From the NCBI GenBank assembly GCA_963668175.1, contig OY764159.1, positions 3,008,001 through 3,072,000 on the forward strand: a stretch of DNA of 64,000 nt, given 5' to 3'. Made by a program: the position numbers and the translations under genes. Numbering within the stretch: position 1 is the first letter of the stretch; every line of letters begins with the position of its first letter. Below are positions 22,165-31,546 of this stretch, piece after piece. A model generated the notes under the pieces. That model had not been told where the DNA came from and did not search any database. It was given only the letters and a program-made list of their open reading frames with translations. This DNA comes from Syntrophales bacterium. GTDB lineage: Bacteria; Desulfobacterota; Syntrophia; Syntrophales; PHBD01.

Positions 22165-23685
22165 TCACAGCAGCCTGTCCAGCTCGCAACGGATGGTCCG
22201 CGCCAGCGTTTCCATCACGTAGGGCTTGCGGACGCATGCCCCTGCGCCCAGGGCCTGCGCCTGCCGGATACGGTCCTGATGTGAAAAACCGCTCGCCAGG
22301 ACCGCCCGCTGCCGCGGACGGATCTTCGTAATCTCTCTATACGTATCCAGGCCGTCCATTCCGGGCGGCATGATCATATCGAGAAGTACGATGTCGACAC
22401 GGTTCCTTTGCAGATATCTCAGCGCCTCTTGGCCGCTGGCCGCCGTCGTTACCAGATAGTTCAGCCGCATGAGCATCCCCGCCGCCAGTTCGCGCTGCCC
22501 CTTGACATCGTCCACAACAAGTACGGATTCCGCCCGTCCCCGGTAAGCCGACGCCGTAAGCAGATTCCGCTCCGATGCCGCCTCGTCACGCCGGGCGGGG
22601 AGATAGAGGGCGACCGTCGTTCCCTTTCCGGGTTCGCTCTTGATATCGATATAGCCCGACTGCTCCGCGACGGTTTCCCTCACCAGGGCCGGCGACGGCC
22701 TGCACACATTCCCGGCAGGCGCGTGTTCGAAATATTTTCTTATTTCCCCCGGAGATAATCCCGTTCCCGTATCGGCAACCGTCAAAACGGCATACTCGCC
22801 TTCCGGTATGTCTTCGTATCCCCGGACAGGTTGGTCCAGATAGCGGTTCTCCGTGCGGATGGAGAGGAGTCCGCCCTCCGGCATGGCTTCGACGCCGTGC
22901 ACGACCAGGTTTGCCAGGATTTTGCCCAAAGCGGCGAGCGATCCGTTCACGTTGAGGAGGTCTATATCCAGCGCAGTCTGCACCCGGATACGATTACGCG
23001 TTCCTGTTAAGGCGGCGAATTCCGGAGACTTGATGTATTGACCGACTATTGCATTGAGATTCACGGTCTGTCCGGCCGGGCCGCCTTTCCGGGCCAGGGA
23101 CACAAGGTCCTGAACAATGGCCGCCGCCCGTTCCCCTCCTTCGACGATGTTGCCGGCATGCTCCCGAAGGGGGCTTCCCGCCGGAAGGTCGTGGAGCAGT
23201 AATTCCGCGTATCCCACGAGGATGCCCAGGGCGTTGTTCAGGTCGTGGGCGACTGCTCCGGCAACGATGCCCAAGGCTTCTGCCTTTTCGGCACGGTGAA
23301 GGCGCTCCAGGAACTCCGTCCGCTCAGTTTCCTCTATCTTGCGCCGGGTGACGTCCATCCACACGCCCTGCATCCCGTGATTGCCGCTGCCGTCACGGAC
23401 CGGCCAGCAGGAAGACAGCACCCACAATGTTTCCCCCGTCTTGCTTACGATCCGGTACTCCGCCTCTCCGACGTCCCCGTTCACGCATTGATAGAAGTGG
23501 CCCTTGAACGCTCCGGCGTCCTCGCCGTGGAGGAAATCGAAAAGGGACTGCCCCGTCATCTCTGCGGGAGAATAACCGAGGATGGGTTCCACGGCCGGAT
23601 TGACGTAGGTCACCTTCGCTTCCGCATCAGCGGTGTAAATCATGTCCCGGAAATTTTCTACAAGCCCGCGGTAATCCGTCTCCAT
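22165..23685 (-). CDS. PAS-HisKA-degenerate HATPase-receiver protein (probable pseudokinase)
   Basis: H-box AHDLNN and receiver DMIMP are intact; N-box reads NLVVHG and the F/G2 boxes are replaced. Confidence 0.85.
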   Translation of the reverse strand: METDYRGLVENFRDMIYTADAEAKVTYVNPAVEPILGYSPAEMTGQSLFDFLHGEDAGAFKGHFYQCVNGDVGEAEYRIVSKTGETLWVLSSCWPVRDGSGNHGMQGVWMDVTRRKIEETERTEFLERLHRAEKAEALGIVAGAVAHDLNNALGILVGYAELLLHDLPAGSPLREHAGNIVEGGERAAAIVQDLVSLARKGGPAGQTVNLNAIVGQYIKSPEFAALTGTRNRIRVQTALDIDLLNVNGSLAALGKILANLVVHGVEAMPEGGLLSIRTENRYLDQPVRGYEDIPEGEYAVLTVADTGTGLSPGEIRKYFEHAPAGNVCRPSPALVRETVAEQSGYIDIKSEPGKGTTVALYLPARRDEAASERNLLTASAYRGRAESVLVVDDVKGQRELAAGMLMRLNYLVTTAASGQEALRYLQRNRVDIVLLDMIMPPGMDGLDTYREITKIRPRQRAVLASGFSHQDRIRQAQALGAGACVRKPYVMETLARTIRCELDRLL

Positions 23686-24065
23686 TCTTACTCTTTCCAA
23701 CCTTTTTCGCCGCTTCGGCACGGGATGCAGAAACACCATATATAACGCGATGTATTCTTCCCGGTCGACGAGCCCGCAATATAAAAGATCAGGCTCATTG
23801 TGTGCATTACATATATATACTTAATATTATATTGTATTACTGATATCTTTCGCCTGATGCCGCCTTGATGCAATATCTTGTATTACATATTTCTTCATAA
23901 ATAAAGTCTTTTTTCCGAAAATATGCAGTATAAGCACCATCGGTCAGCGACGATTTTTGAATTGCCGATATTTTTTGACATCTATCGGGAACTTACGTCA
24001 GTTCGCGATTGACAGGTCCGCCGGCATCCGTTAAGGTACGGCTGTTTTTATAATTCCATTTCGAG

Positions 24066-24875
24066 GTGAAGACGATGAAGAAATTCTCCTGTGTCGTTCT
24101 GGCAACGCTTTTAACCCTGGCTCTTTCGGCATCCTGTTTCGCCGCATCCGGAATCGACAGGATTCTCAAAAAGAAAGAGCTCGTCGTCGGGACGTCGGGC
24201 ACCTATCCTCCGCTGACCTTCAAGGCGAAAGACGGTAAGATTTACGGATTCGACGCCGATCTGGCCAAGGCTGTCGCCGACGCCATGGGCGTCAAACTCC
24301 GCATGGCCGTCATTCCCTTCGACGAGTTGATTCCTTCTCTGCTTAAAGGCAAGGTGGACCTGATCCTCTCCTGCATGACCGCGACGCCCGAGAGGAACCT
24401 TCGCGTCGCCTTCGTCGGCCCCTACTTCGTTTCCGGCCAGTCCATCCTCACGACCAAGGATGTGGCCGAGAGCATTAAAACCCCCGCCGACATCAACCGT
24501 CCCGATTTCTCCATCGCCGTTCCCAAGGGAACGACGACGGAAGCGATCGCCCGGGGCATTCTCCCCAAGGCCGACATCAAGGTCGTGAAATCGACCGGTG
24601 ATGCCCTGGAGCTGCTCAAGAACCAGAAAGTGATGGCCGTCATGGCGGATTACCCGTTTGTCGCCGTCGAATCTTTCCGCTACCAGGACCGGGGCTTCGT
24701 GGCCAATCCGCCTTTCACCGTCGAACCCATCGGTATTGCGGTAAGGCCCGACGATACGCACATGATCAATTTCCTGTCGAACCTTCTCGCCCAGATGAGA
24801 ACAGCCGGCCAGCTCGATACGTTGACCAAGCGCTGGTTCACCGACACGGCCTGGATGGAGAAGCTTCCCAAATAG
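24066..24875 (+). CDS. Polar amino-acid ABC substrate-binding protein (family 3), orphan
   Basis: Signal peptide, LVVGTSGTYPPL, GFDADLA, GKVDLI, TPER, PYFVSGQ, EPIGIAVR, RWF. Confidence 0.9.
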   Translation: MKTMKKFSCVVLATLLTLALSASCFAASGIDRILKKKELVVGTSGTYPPLTFKAKDGKIYGFDADLAKAVADAMGVKLRMAVIPFDELIPSLLKGKVDLILSCMTATPERNLRVAFVGPYFVSGQSILTTKDVAESIKTPADINRPDFSIAVPKGTTTEAIARGILPKADIKVVKSTGDALELLKNQKVMAVMADYPFVAVESFRYQDRGFVANPPFTVEPIGIAVRPDDTHMINFLSNLLAQMRTAGQLDTLTKRWFTDTAWMEKLPK

Positions 24876-24877
24876 TC

Positions 24878-24929
24878 AAAAACCCCGGCGGCGGGAAGGA
24901 TATTCCGGCGGCCGGGGTATCTCCTTTTT
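24878..24929. terminator. Probable bidirectional intrinsic terminator
   Basis: ACCCCGG...CCGGGGT GC-rich hairpin with an A tract before and a T tract after, between convergent genes. Confidence 0.6.
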
Positions 24930-24966
24930 ATCTATCACAACTTTCACTTTTTATGAGTGTTGGGAT

Positions 24967-25908
24967 TCAAGCCTCGGACTTGGCCGTTCTCGACCGCCAT
25001 TTCCCGCGAATATCGAGCCAGACCAGAAAAAGGATCATGAAGATGCTCGATACGGCCGCAGGAAGGGCCGCCTCCTCCGGAAAAAGCGACAACGCCAGGC
25101 CGCCCGCCAAGCCCTGATTCTTCATCGTCCCCAGGAGGACGAGGCTCACGACATCCGCGGGCTCAACCTTGAAGAGCGTGCCGAAGGCCTCAATGAGAAA
25201 CCCGAGCAGGAAAGTCGCCGCAAACAGGATCGCGGAGACAGGAAGGATGCCGAGAGGTTCCTTGAAGATCAGGTTCCGGTTCAGGCCGATCAGGGTGTAC
25301 AGGACGATGAAGAAACCCCAATCCGTCAGGAATCCTCTCCAGGAGCCGAGACGCTTGTCTGCACCGACCTTCAGGAGGATGCGCGACGCGGCCAGGGGCA
25401 GGATGATGAGGAGGCAGACGATCGTCAGCAATTTTACGGGACCCACGGCGGAGGTGCCGAGCAATCCCAGGAACACGGCGGGCAGGATAACGAGGGCCGC
25501 CAGATAGGATGCCACCGTACCCGCGAGTGAAAAAGGCACATTGCCGTTCAAAAGGCCGGAAAAGGGAATGACGGCCACGGCGGGCGGCGCGGCGGCCATG
25601 ATAACGCAGCCCGTCCAGAGATTCTCCCGGTCGATCAGCCAGGCGGCGCTTGCCAGAATGATGCCGCCCTGGAGGAGATAGCTCATGAGGATGCCGCCGA
25701 GGGACGGCATGATGAGCGACCGTGGCCTGTGGAAGAAATCGTTCGGGACGTTCATGGTCGCCAGGGCCATGATGAAGGCCAGGACGGGCAGGACGAGGGG
25801 TTCGCACCAGGACGCCGCTCCGGGGACGGAGAGCCCCAGGACGATGGCCATAAGCAGAATAACATTGCGGTTGCGCAACAGTCTGATCAGCACCATCCCG
25901 ACATGCAT
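24967..25908 (-). CDS. Bile acid:sodium symporter (BASS)-like transporter
   Basis: Roughly 9-10 TM segments, AAAPPAVAVIPF..LLNGN and GTMKNQGLA crossover-like motifs. Start uncertain. Confidence 0.7.
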   Translation of the reverse strand: MHVGMVLIRLLRNRNVILLMAIVLGLSVPGAASWCEPLVLPVLAFIMALATMNVPNDFFHRPRSLIMPSLGGILMSYLLQGGIILASAAWLIDRENLWTGCVIMAAAPPAVAVIPFSGLLNGNVPFSLAGTVASYLAALVILPAVFLGLLGTSAVGPVKLLTIVCLLIILPLAASRILLKVGADKRLGSWRGFLTDWGFFIVLYTLIGLNRNLIFKEPLGILPVSAILFAATFLLGFLIEAFGTLFKVEPADVVSLVLLGTMKNQGLAGGLALSLFPEEAALPAAVSSIFMILFLVWLDIRGKWRSRTAKSEA

Positions 25909-26105
25909 CCTTTCCCTGGATTCTCTCCGGGCGCTCCCGCCGGCCCTCTTCACGCGGGGAGCGGCGCCGCAGGCATCGCATCGAAAATGTTCTTCGCCGC
26001 CATTGACTTCGGCGGTCTCATCCCTTATATATCATCGCACTACGGAGAGTATCAAATCTGCTTGAACATGAACAGTATCGGCAGGACGGCGCACGGGAAA
26101 AAAGA

Positions 26106-26133
26106 CTTGACATATAATCATTATATCATATAA
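26106..26133 (+). promoter_or_regulatory. sigma70 promoter with embedded palindromic operator (copy A)
   Basis: CTTGACATATAATCATTATATCATATAA: TTGACA-N16-TATAAC containing the inverted repeat TATAAT-C-ATTATA; 27/28 identical to 32917-32944 on the minus strand. Confidence 0.8.
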
Positions 26134-26143
26134 CGTTTATATC

Positions 26144-26788
26144 ATGAAACCGACAAAATCGAGCGACGCGGTGATTAAGGTGCTTCTGGACCTGATCATG
26201 AAGGGGGAGATCAAGCCGGGCGACAAGCTCCCCTCCGCCGAAAACATCGCTAAAAGTACGGGCACGAGCGTCATAACGGCCCGGGAGGCCGTTCAAAACC
26301 TGGCGGCCATCGGCCTCGTGGAGATCATGCACGGCCGGGGGATATTCCTGACGGAAGGCGCACCCGTTATCGATGAGCTTCTGGAGGCCCGGAAGGTCAT
26401 CGAGTCGAGTACGGTCGTCATGGCGACGCGAAATCTCGATTCCGCCGGCCTCGATGCGATCGCTCGCCTCCTCGACAGGATGGAAGCAAGCCTTGCCGCC
26501 GGCAACACGGAGCTTTTCAGCGAACTCGATTACGAGTTTCACTTCTTCCTCGCCAAGGCATCGGGCAACCGCATCCTGCTCAAGACCCTGGAAAACATCA
26601 AGGAACTCCTCCGTTACCAGCAGTCCACGATCAACCGGCTGCCTTACATCGTCCACACCTCGGCGTTGCGGCACCGGGAGATATTCACCGCCTTGAAGAA
26701 CGGCAACGCCGAACTGGCGGGGTCCATCATGGACAGCCATATCAGCGAGGTGATCGACGCCTGGAAAAACAGCACCGCCCCCGTTTGA
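26144..26788 (+). CDS. GntR/FadR-family transcriptional regulator
   Basis: wHTH GEIKPGDKLPS..TAREAVQNL..GRGIF; FCD domain EARKVIE, DYEFH, SGNRIL, HREIF. Confidence 0.93.
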   Translation: MKPTKSSDAVIKVLLDLIMKGEIKPGDKLPSAENIAKSTGTSVITAREAVQNLAAIGLVEIMHGRGIFLTEGAPVIDELLEARKVIESSTVVMATRNLDSAGLDAIARLLDRMEASLAAGNTELFSELDYEFHFFLAKASGNRILLKTLENIKELLRYQQSTINRLPYIVHTSALRHREIFTALKNGNAELAGSIMDSHISEVIDAWKNSTAPV

Positions 26789-26863
26789 TTTTCTCACGGC
26801 GGCCCCGTCTTTCCCACTACGCCCCGCCCGGTTTTCCGCAAACCGCAACTTCTGAACAGCAAG

Positions 26864-28144
26864 TCAAGGTCCCTGATAGACGGGTATGACGTAAGGCCCT
26901 TCGGGAATGACGGCGACCCTGCGTTCGCCGTGCATCGCAACGCTCTCCCGGACGGCCGCCTCGACGTCAGAGACGATGCGGACGCCCGTCAACCGCCTTT
27001 CGTCCGGAGACAGTCCTTCCGTGTAAAGCCATACCCGGGCTTTCTTCATCGCCCGGACCTGCATTTCCGTCTGCCATTCGTCGACGGCGGCGGACCGCTT
27101 CCCCATAAGCTCCGCAAGGAGTCGTTCGGGACCCAGGCCGAGCAGCCGCTCCTGAGCCGCGGCGTATTCGGCACTCCCCAGCCCCTCCGAGCATTCCGAC
27201 GCGATGATGAGTGTCCCGCCGTCGGCTACGATGTCCATGGCGCCTACCATGCCCTTCACCGTCTGGTAGTAATTCTTGTCCAGGGGATACCCGGCCGCGC
27301 TCGCAAAGACCGTGAGGTACTTTCTTTTCACGGGAATCTCCGCGTAGGGACGGACGAAGGCGACGGCGTCCAGGTGGCTCGCCTCCATAGCGCCGAAATT
27401 GACGCAGGAGAGACGCCGTTCCTCGTCGATGACGCAGTTGACGGCGAAGCATTCGCCCACCATCCCGAGTATCGCCATCTGGGCGTCATGCAGGGGATTG
27501 CCTTCGAGGATGCAATTCGCCGCCCGGCAATCTTCCAGGATGCCGGCGGCATGGAGCATCCGGATGGTCTCTTCGTGGGCGATGCCCGGGGCGACGAGTT
27601 TCCGGCCGCCCGAGTATCCGGCCATGAAGTGCGGCTCGACAAGGCCCACGGCGATGCGCAAGCCCGCGTCGAGAAATCGGCGGTCGATCCGGACAGGTAT
27701 CCCGGAGACGTCGCCCAGGCGGCGGTGGTCTTCGTCTTTTCGGGCGTAGTGATTGACGACGGAAACCGTCTCCATGACCCAGTCGCTGCCGACCACCTCC
27801 CGCAACTCGTCGCCGAGATTCGGCCGGTGGAGGCCCGTAGCGACGAGAACGGTAATGGCTCCGGGCGCGATGCCGGCCGCAATCAGTTCCTTGACGAGTC
27901 CGGGCAGAACGATGCCGTTGGGAACGGGACGGGTGATATCGCAGATGAGGATGCAGGCGCTCTTGCAGCGACGGGCCACTTCGGTAAGGGGACGGCATCC
28001 GACGGGATTCTCCCATGCCGCGGCCACGCTTCTTTCCGGGTCGGCAAGGACAGGCATGGCCTTCTTGCGGATGACGTCGATCTCCAGGTCGGGACCTAGA
28101 TCGACGGCCAACCCCCCTTTGCCGTATTTCATGTCGATGCGCAC
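26864..28144 (-). CDS. larA: LarA-family nickel-pincer-nucleotide-dependent 2-hydroxy-acid racemase/epimerase
   Basis: DITRPVP, ATGLHR, EPHFMAGYSGGRK, downstream His (RMLH), GYPLDKNYYQTVKG, IPEGPY. Confidence 0.88.
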   Translation of the reverse strand: MRIDMKYGKGGLAVDLGPDLEIDVIRKKAMPVLADPERSVAAAWENPVGCRPLTEVARRCKSACILICDITRPVPNGIVLPGLVKELIAAGIAPGAITVLVATGLHRPNLGDELREVVGSDWVMETVSVVNHYARKDEDHRRLGDVSGIPVRIDRRFLDAGLRIAVGLVEPHFMAGYSGGRKLVAPGIAHEETIRMLHAAGILEDCRAANCILEGNPLHDAQMAILGMVGECFAVNCVIDEERRLSCVNFGAMEASHLDAVAFVRPYAEIPVKRKYLTVFASAAGYPLDKNYYQTVKGMVGAMDIVADGGTLIIASECSEGLGSAEYAAAQERLLGLGPERLLAELMGKRSAAVDEWQTEMQVRAMKKARVWLYTEGLSPDERRLTGVRIVSDVEAAVRESVAMHGERRVAVIPEGPYVIPVYQGP

Positions 28145-28211
28145 TGTCGGGCCTGTCTTTCGATAAAACGGCGATTATGAAAACGGCCTTCCGCCGCTTT
28201 TCTGTCCCGGC

Positions 28212-28916
28212 CTACATCCCCAGGTACGCCTTCCGCACCAGGTCGGACTGGAGAAGTTCGTCCCCCTTGCCGGAAAGGACGATCCGTCCCGTTTGTAATA
28301 CATACGCCCGGTGGGATATCTGGAGGGCTTCATGGACGTTCTGCTCCACCAGGAGGACCGTGACGCCGTTGCAGTTGATGTCCTGCACGATCCGGAAGAT
28401 TTCGCCGACGAGCTTGGGAGAAAGGCCGAGCGACGGTTCGTCCAAAAGAAGGAGCGACGGATGGGACATGAGCCCCCGCGCGATGGCCAGCATCTGCTGC
28501 TCGCCGCCGCTGAAGGTGTCGGACCGCTGGTCTTTCCTTTCCTTCAGGATCGGGAAGAGCTTGAACACTCTCTCCAGCATGGATGCGATCTCCTCCTTCG
28601 ATTTCAGGGCGTAGGCCCCGAGGAGCAGGTTGTCCAGGACGGAGAGGCGGCCGAAGAGGCGCCGGCCCTCCGGAATCATGGATATCTTCTTTTTCACGAT
28701 GTCGTAAGGCGGCATCCGGTGGATCGGCGTGTCGCCGAAGACGATCTCGCCCTGCGTCGGCTGAAGGAGCCCCGCGATGGTCTTCACGAGGGTCGTCTTG
28801 CCGGCGCCGTTCGAGCCTACGAGGCTGACGATCTCCCCCTGCTCGATCCGGAGGGATACGTCCGTGATGGCCAACAGGCCCTTGTAACCGACGGAAATGT
28901 TATTGACAGACAGCAC
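28212..28916 (-). CDS. Liv-type ABC transporter ATP-binding protein (LivF-like)
   Basis: GSNGAGKTT, SGGEQQMLAIAR, LDEPSLGL, LVEQN, AYLG. Confidence 0.92.
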   Translation of the reverse strand: MLSVNNISVGYKGLLAITDVSLRIEQGEIVSLVGSNGAGKTTLVKTIAGLLQPTQGEIVFGDTPIHRMPPYDIVKKKISMIPEGRRLFGRLSVLDNLLLGAYALKSKEEIASMLERVFKLFPILKERKDQRSDTFSGGEQQMLAIARGLMSHPSLLLLDEPSLGLSPKLVGEIFRIVQDINCNGVTVLLVEQNVHEALQISHRAYVLQTGRIVLSGKGDELLQSDLVRKAYLGM

Positions 28917-29640
28917 GATACTTGTCCCCCAGATAGGCTTGAATGACTTCCTGGCAGCTCACGACGTCCTTCGGCGGCCCCTCCATGATCTTCTTCCCCT
29001 CGTTCAGGACGATCACCCGGTCCGATATCTCCATCACCGCTTCCATGACGTGCTCGACGACGACGAGCGTCATGCCCTGGTCGCGGATCTTCTTGATGAG
29101 GTCGATGATCTCCCGCAGTTCCACCGGGTTCAGGCCCGCCATGGACTCGTCCAGCATCAGGAGCTTGGGCTGGGTCGCGAGCGCCATGGAGACTTCGAGG
29201 CGCTTCTTGTCGGCGATGGTCAGCTCCGTTCCGAGAAAGGACTTCTTCTCCATGAGGCCGGTAAAGCAGAGGACCTCCATGGCTTTCTCCGTAGCCGGGC
29301 CTGTCCTGCCGTAGCGGAGCAAGGCGCCGGTGACGACGTTTTCCAGGACCGTCATGTCGCTGATGATCTGCACGACCTGGAACGTCCTCGCGATGCCCAG
29401 TTTGCAGACCTTGTCGGCCCGCATGCGGTAGATGTCCCTGCCGTAGAACGAGGCCTTGCCCGTATCGGGCTTGTAGAAACCCGTGATGCAGTTGAAGAGC
29501 GTCGATTTGCCCGCGCCGTTCGGCCCGATGATGCTGACGATCTCCCCTTCCTCGATGAAGAAGTCGATCTCGTAATTGGCGGCCAGACCGCCGAACCACT
29601 TCGTCATCCCTTTGACGTCCAGACAGATGGCTTTGCTCAT
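28900..29640 (-). CDS. Liv-type ABC transporter ATP-binding protein (LivG-like)
   Basis: FGGLAA, GPNGAGKST, GIARTFQ, LDESMAGLN, VEHVM. Start reassigned to MSKAI. Confidence 0.92.
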   Translation of the reverse strand: MSKAICLDVKGMTKWFGGLAANYEIDFFIEEGEIVSIIGPNGAGKSTLFNCITGFYKPDTGKASFYGRDIYRMRADKVCKLGIARTFQVVQIISDMTVLENVVTGALLRYGRTGPATEKAMEVLCFTGLMEKKSFLGTELTIADKKRLEVSMALATQPKLLMLDESMAGLNPVELREIIDLIKKIRDQGMTLVVVEHVMEAVMEISDRVIVLNEGKKIMEGPPKDVVSCQEVIQAYLGDKYRAVCQ

Positions 29641-30602
29641 TTCACCCTGCTTCCTAATTTCGCGAAGAATCCCCAGACCCCCTGGGGCTGGTAAACCGAA
29701 ATGATCGTGATCATGAAACCGTAGATCAGCATGTCCACGCCCGTGCCCTGGTGCCCCAGCCAGACCCGCGTCACTTCCGCAATCGGGATCAGGACGGCGG
29801 CCCCGATAACCGGACCCATGATCGTTCCTGCGCCGCCCAGCATGGAGAGCAGCACGATCTGGACGGAGATGGCGAGAAGCATCACGCTTTCCGGATCGAT
29901 GTAGAGCACGTACTGGGCATAGAACGTCCCGGCCATGGCGGAGAGGAAGGCGCTGATCATGATGGCCATGAGACGGTAGCGGACCACGTTGACGCCCAGG
30001 ACTTCCGCCACGTCGTGGCTCTCCTTGATCGCCCGGAAGTAGTAGCCCATCTTCGACGTCGCCACGAAATAACAGATGGCGATGCCGATGAGGAGAAAGG
30101 CCAGGATGATGTAATAGTAGGGTACCTTGGACGTGTGGAACATGAAATTGGCGAGCGACTCGTCGAGCATCGGCAGCGATATGCCCTCCGCGGCGTTCAC
30201 GAGCTTCCAGTTGTTGAAATGGGTCCGCACGATCTCGGCGAAGGCGATGCTCGCGATGGCGAAGTAGTGCCCCCGCAGGTTGGAGCAGGGATAACCGATG
30301 GCCGCGGCGACCAGGGCGGCCATGACGCCCCCGGCGATCAGCCCCAGCCAGGGATTGACCTGGTACGTCACGAGGAGATAGGAAGACGTATAGGCCCCGA
30401 TCCCGAAGAAGGCCGCCTGTCCGAAGGAAAACATGCCGGCGTACCCGCCCATGATGTTCCAGCCCGTACCCAGCAGGGCGTACATAAAAACGAGGATCAT
30501 GATCTGGAGGGGAAAGATGTCCGTGACAACGAGCGGAAAGGCCAGGAGTACCGCCAGCACTCCGATCACCACCGCTATTTGTTTGGTCGTAAATTTTTTC
30601 AT
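29637..30602 (-). CDS. Liv-type ABC transporter permease (LivM-like)
   Basis: GWNIMGGYAGMFSFGQAAFFGIGAY, LRGHYFAIAS, LGGAGTIMGP. Confidence 0.92.
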   Translation of the reverse strand: MKKFTTKQIAVVIGVLAVLLAFPLVVTDIFPLQIMILVFMYALLGTGWNIMGGYAGMFSFGQAAFFGIGAYTSSYLLVTYQVNPWLGLIAGGVMAALVAAAIGYPCSNLRGHYFAIASIAFAEIVRTHFNNWKLVNAAEGISLPMLDESLANFMFHTSKVPYYYIILAFLLIGIAICYFVATSKMGYYFRAIKESHDVAEVLGVNVVRYRLMAIMISAFLSAMAGTFYAQYVLYIDPESVMLLAISVQIVLLSMLGGAGTIMGPVIGAAVLIPIAEVTRVWLGHQGTGVDMLIYGFMITIISVYQPQGVWGFFAKLGSRVK

Positions 30603-30605
30603 AGG

Positions 30606-31466
30606 TCACCACCCCAACAGGCCCTGGGGCCTGATCCAGATCGTAATGAGATAGATCCCGAAGACGATGGCGTACTTGTAAGCGGGATCGAAATAGAAAC
30701 CGCCCAGCGTCTGCGCCAGTCCGACCAGGATACCCGCGATGAAGGCCCCCTCGATGCTTCCGAAACCGCCCAGGGCGACGATGGAAAAGGCGATGGTGCC
30801 GAAGAGCCCCCCGACCTGCGGATAGATATAATAGTAGGTTGAGAGAAACGCCCCGGCGACGCCGACCAAGGCCGCCCCGATGCCGAAGGACAGGGAGTTG
30901 ATGCGCTCCGTGTTGATGCCCATAAGGAGGGCCGACTCCCGGTCCATCTCGGTGGCTAAAATCGCCTTCCCCGTCTTCGTCTTTTTAAGAAAAAGGAAGA
31001 GACAGACCGAGGTGACGATGCTGCCCACCGATGCGACCGTCTTGGGGACACTGAGCTGGATGTCGCCGAATTCCCACGTACCCTGAAGGATCGTCGGGGG
31101 TATGAGGCGGAAATCGGGCGTCCACAGGTAGACCGCCAGGTTGGCAAGAAAGATGCTGATACCGAAGGTGACGACAAGCTGGGCGAGCATCGGCCCTTTC
31201 ATCACCTTGCTCACGATGAAGCGGTAGATCAGGATCCCCATGATGAAAAGGAGCAGGAAGCATATGGGAATGGAAAAAAGGGGGTCCAGGCCGTACAGTG
31301 TGAACAGCCAGAAGGACGTGAACATCCCGATCATCAGGAAATCGCCGTGGGCGAAATTGACGATGTTCATAACGCCCCAGATCATCGTAAGACCGATGGC
31401 GATCAGCGAATACATGAAGCCTATGAGAAGGCCGTTGACAAGCTGCTGGAGTAACTGCTCTGGCAT
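30606..31466 (-). CDS. Liv-type ABC transporter permease (LivH-like)
   Basis: QQLVNGLLIG, VNFAHG, LGGFGS, RPQGLLG. Confidence 0.92.
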   Translation of the reverse strand: MPEQLLQQLVNGLLIGFMYSLIAIGLTMIWGVMNIVNFAHGDFLMIGMFTSFWLFTLYGLDPLFSIPICFLLLFIMGILIYRFIVSKVMKGPMLAQLVVTFGISIFLANLAVYLWTPDFRLIPPTILQGTWEFGDIQLSVPKTVASVGSIVTSVCLFLFLKKTKTGKAILATEMDRESALLMGINTERINSLSFGIGAALVGVAGAFLSTYYYIYPQVGGLFGTIAFSIVALGGFGSIEGAFIAGILVGLAQTLGGFYFDPAYKYAIVFGIYLITIWIRPQGLLGW

Positions 31467-31546
31467 GATTTCGAACCTCGCATGCTCCCGGCCGGGCGGG
31501 AGCTTGGCACAGTTCCCGACCGGCCGGTTCGGACTTGCTTATGCCG

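Noticed and set aside
29641..30612. Apparent long N-terminal fusion on the LivG-like ATPase
   Set aside because: Alternative frame over the LivM permease; the real start at 29640 overlaps the permease stop as usual.
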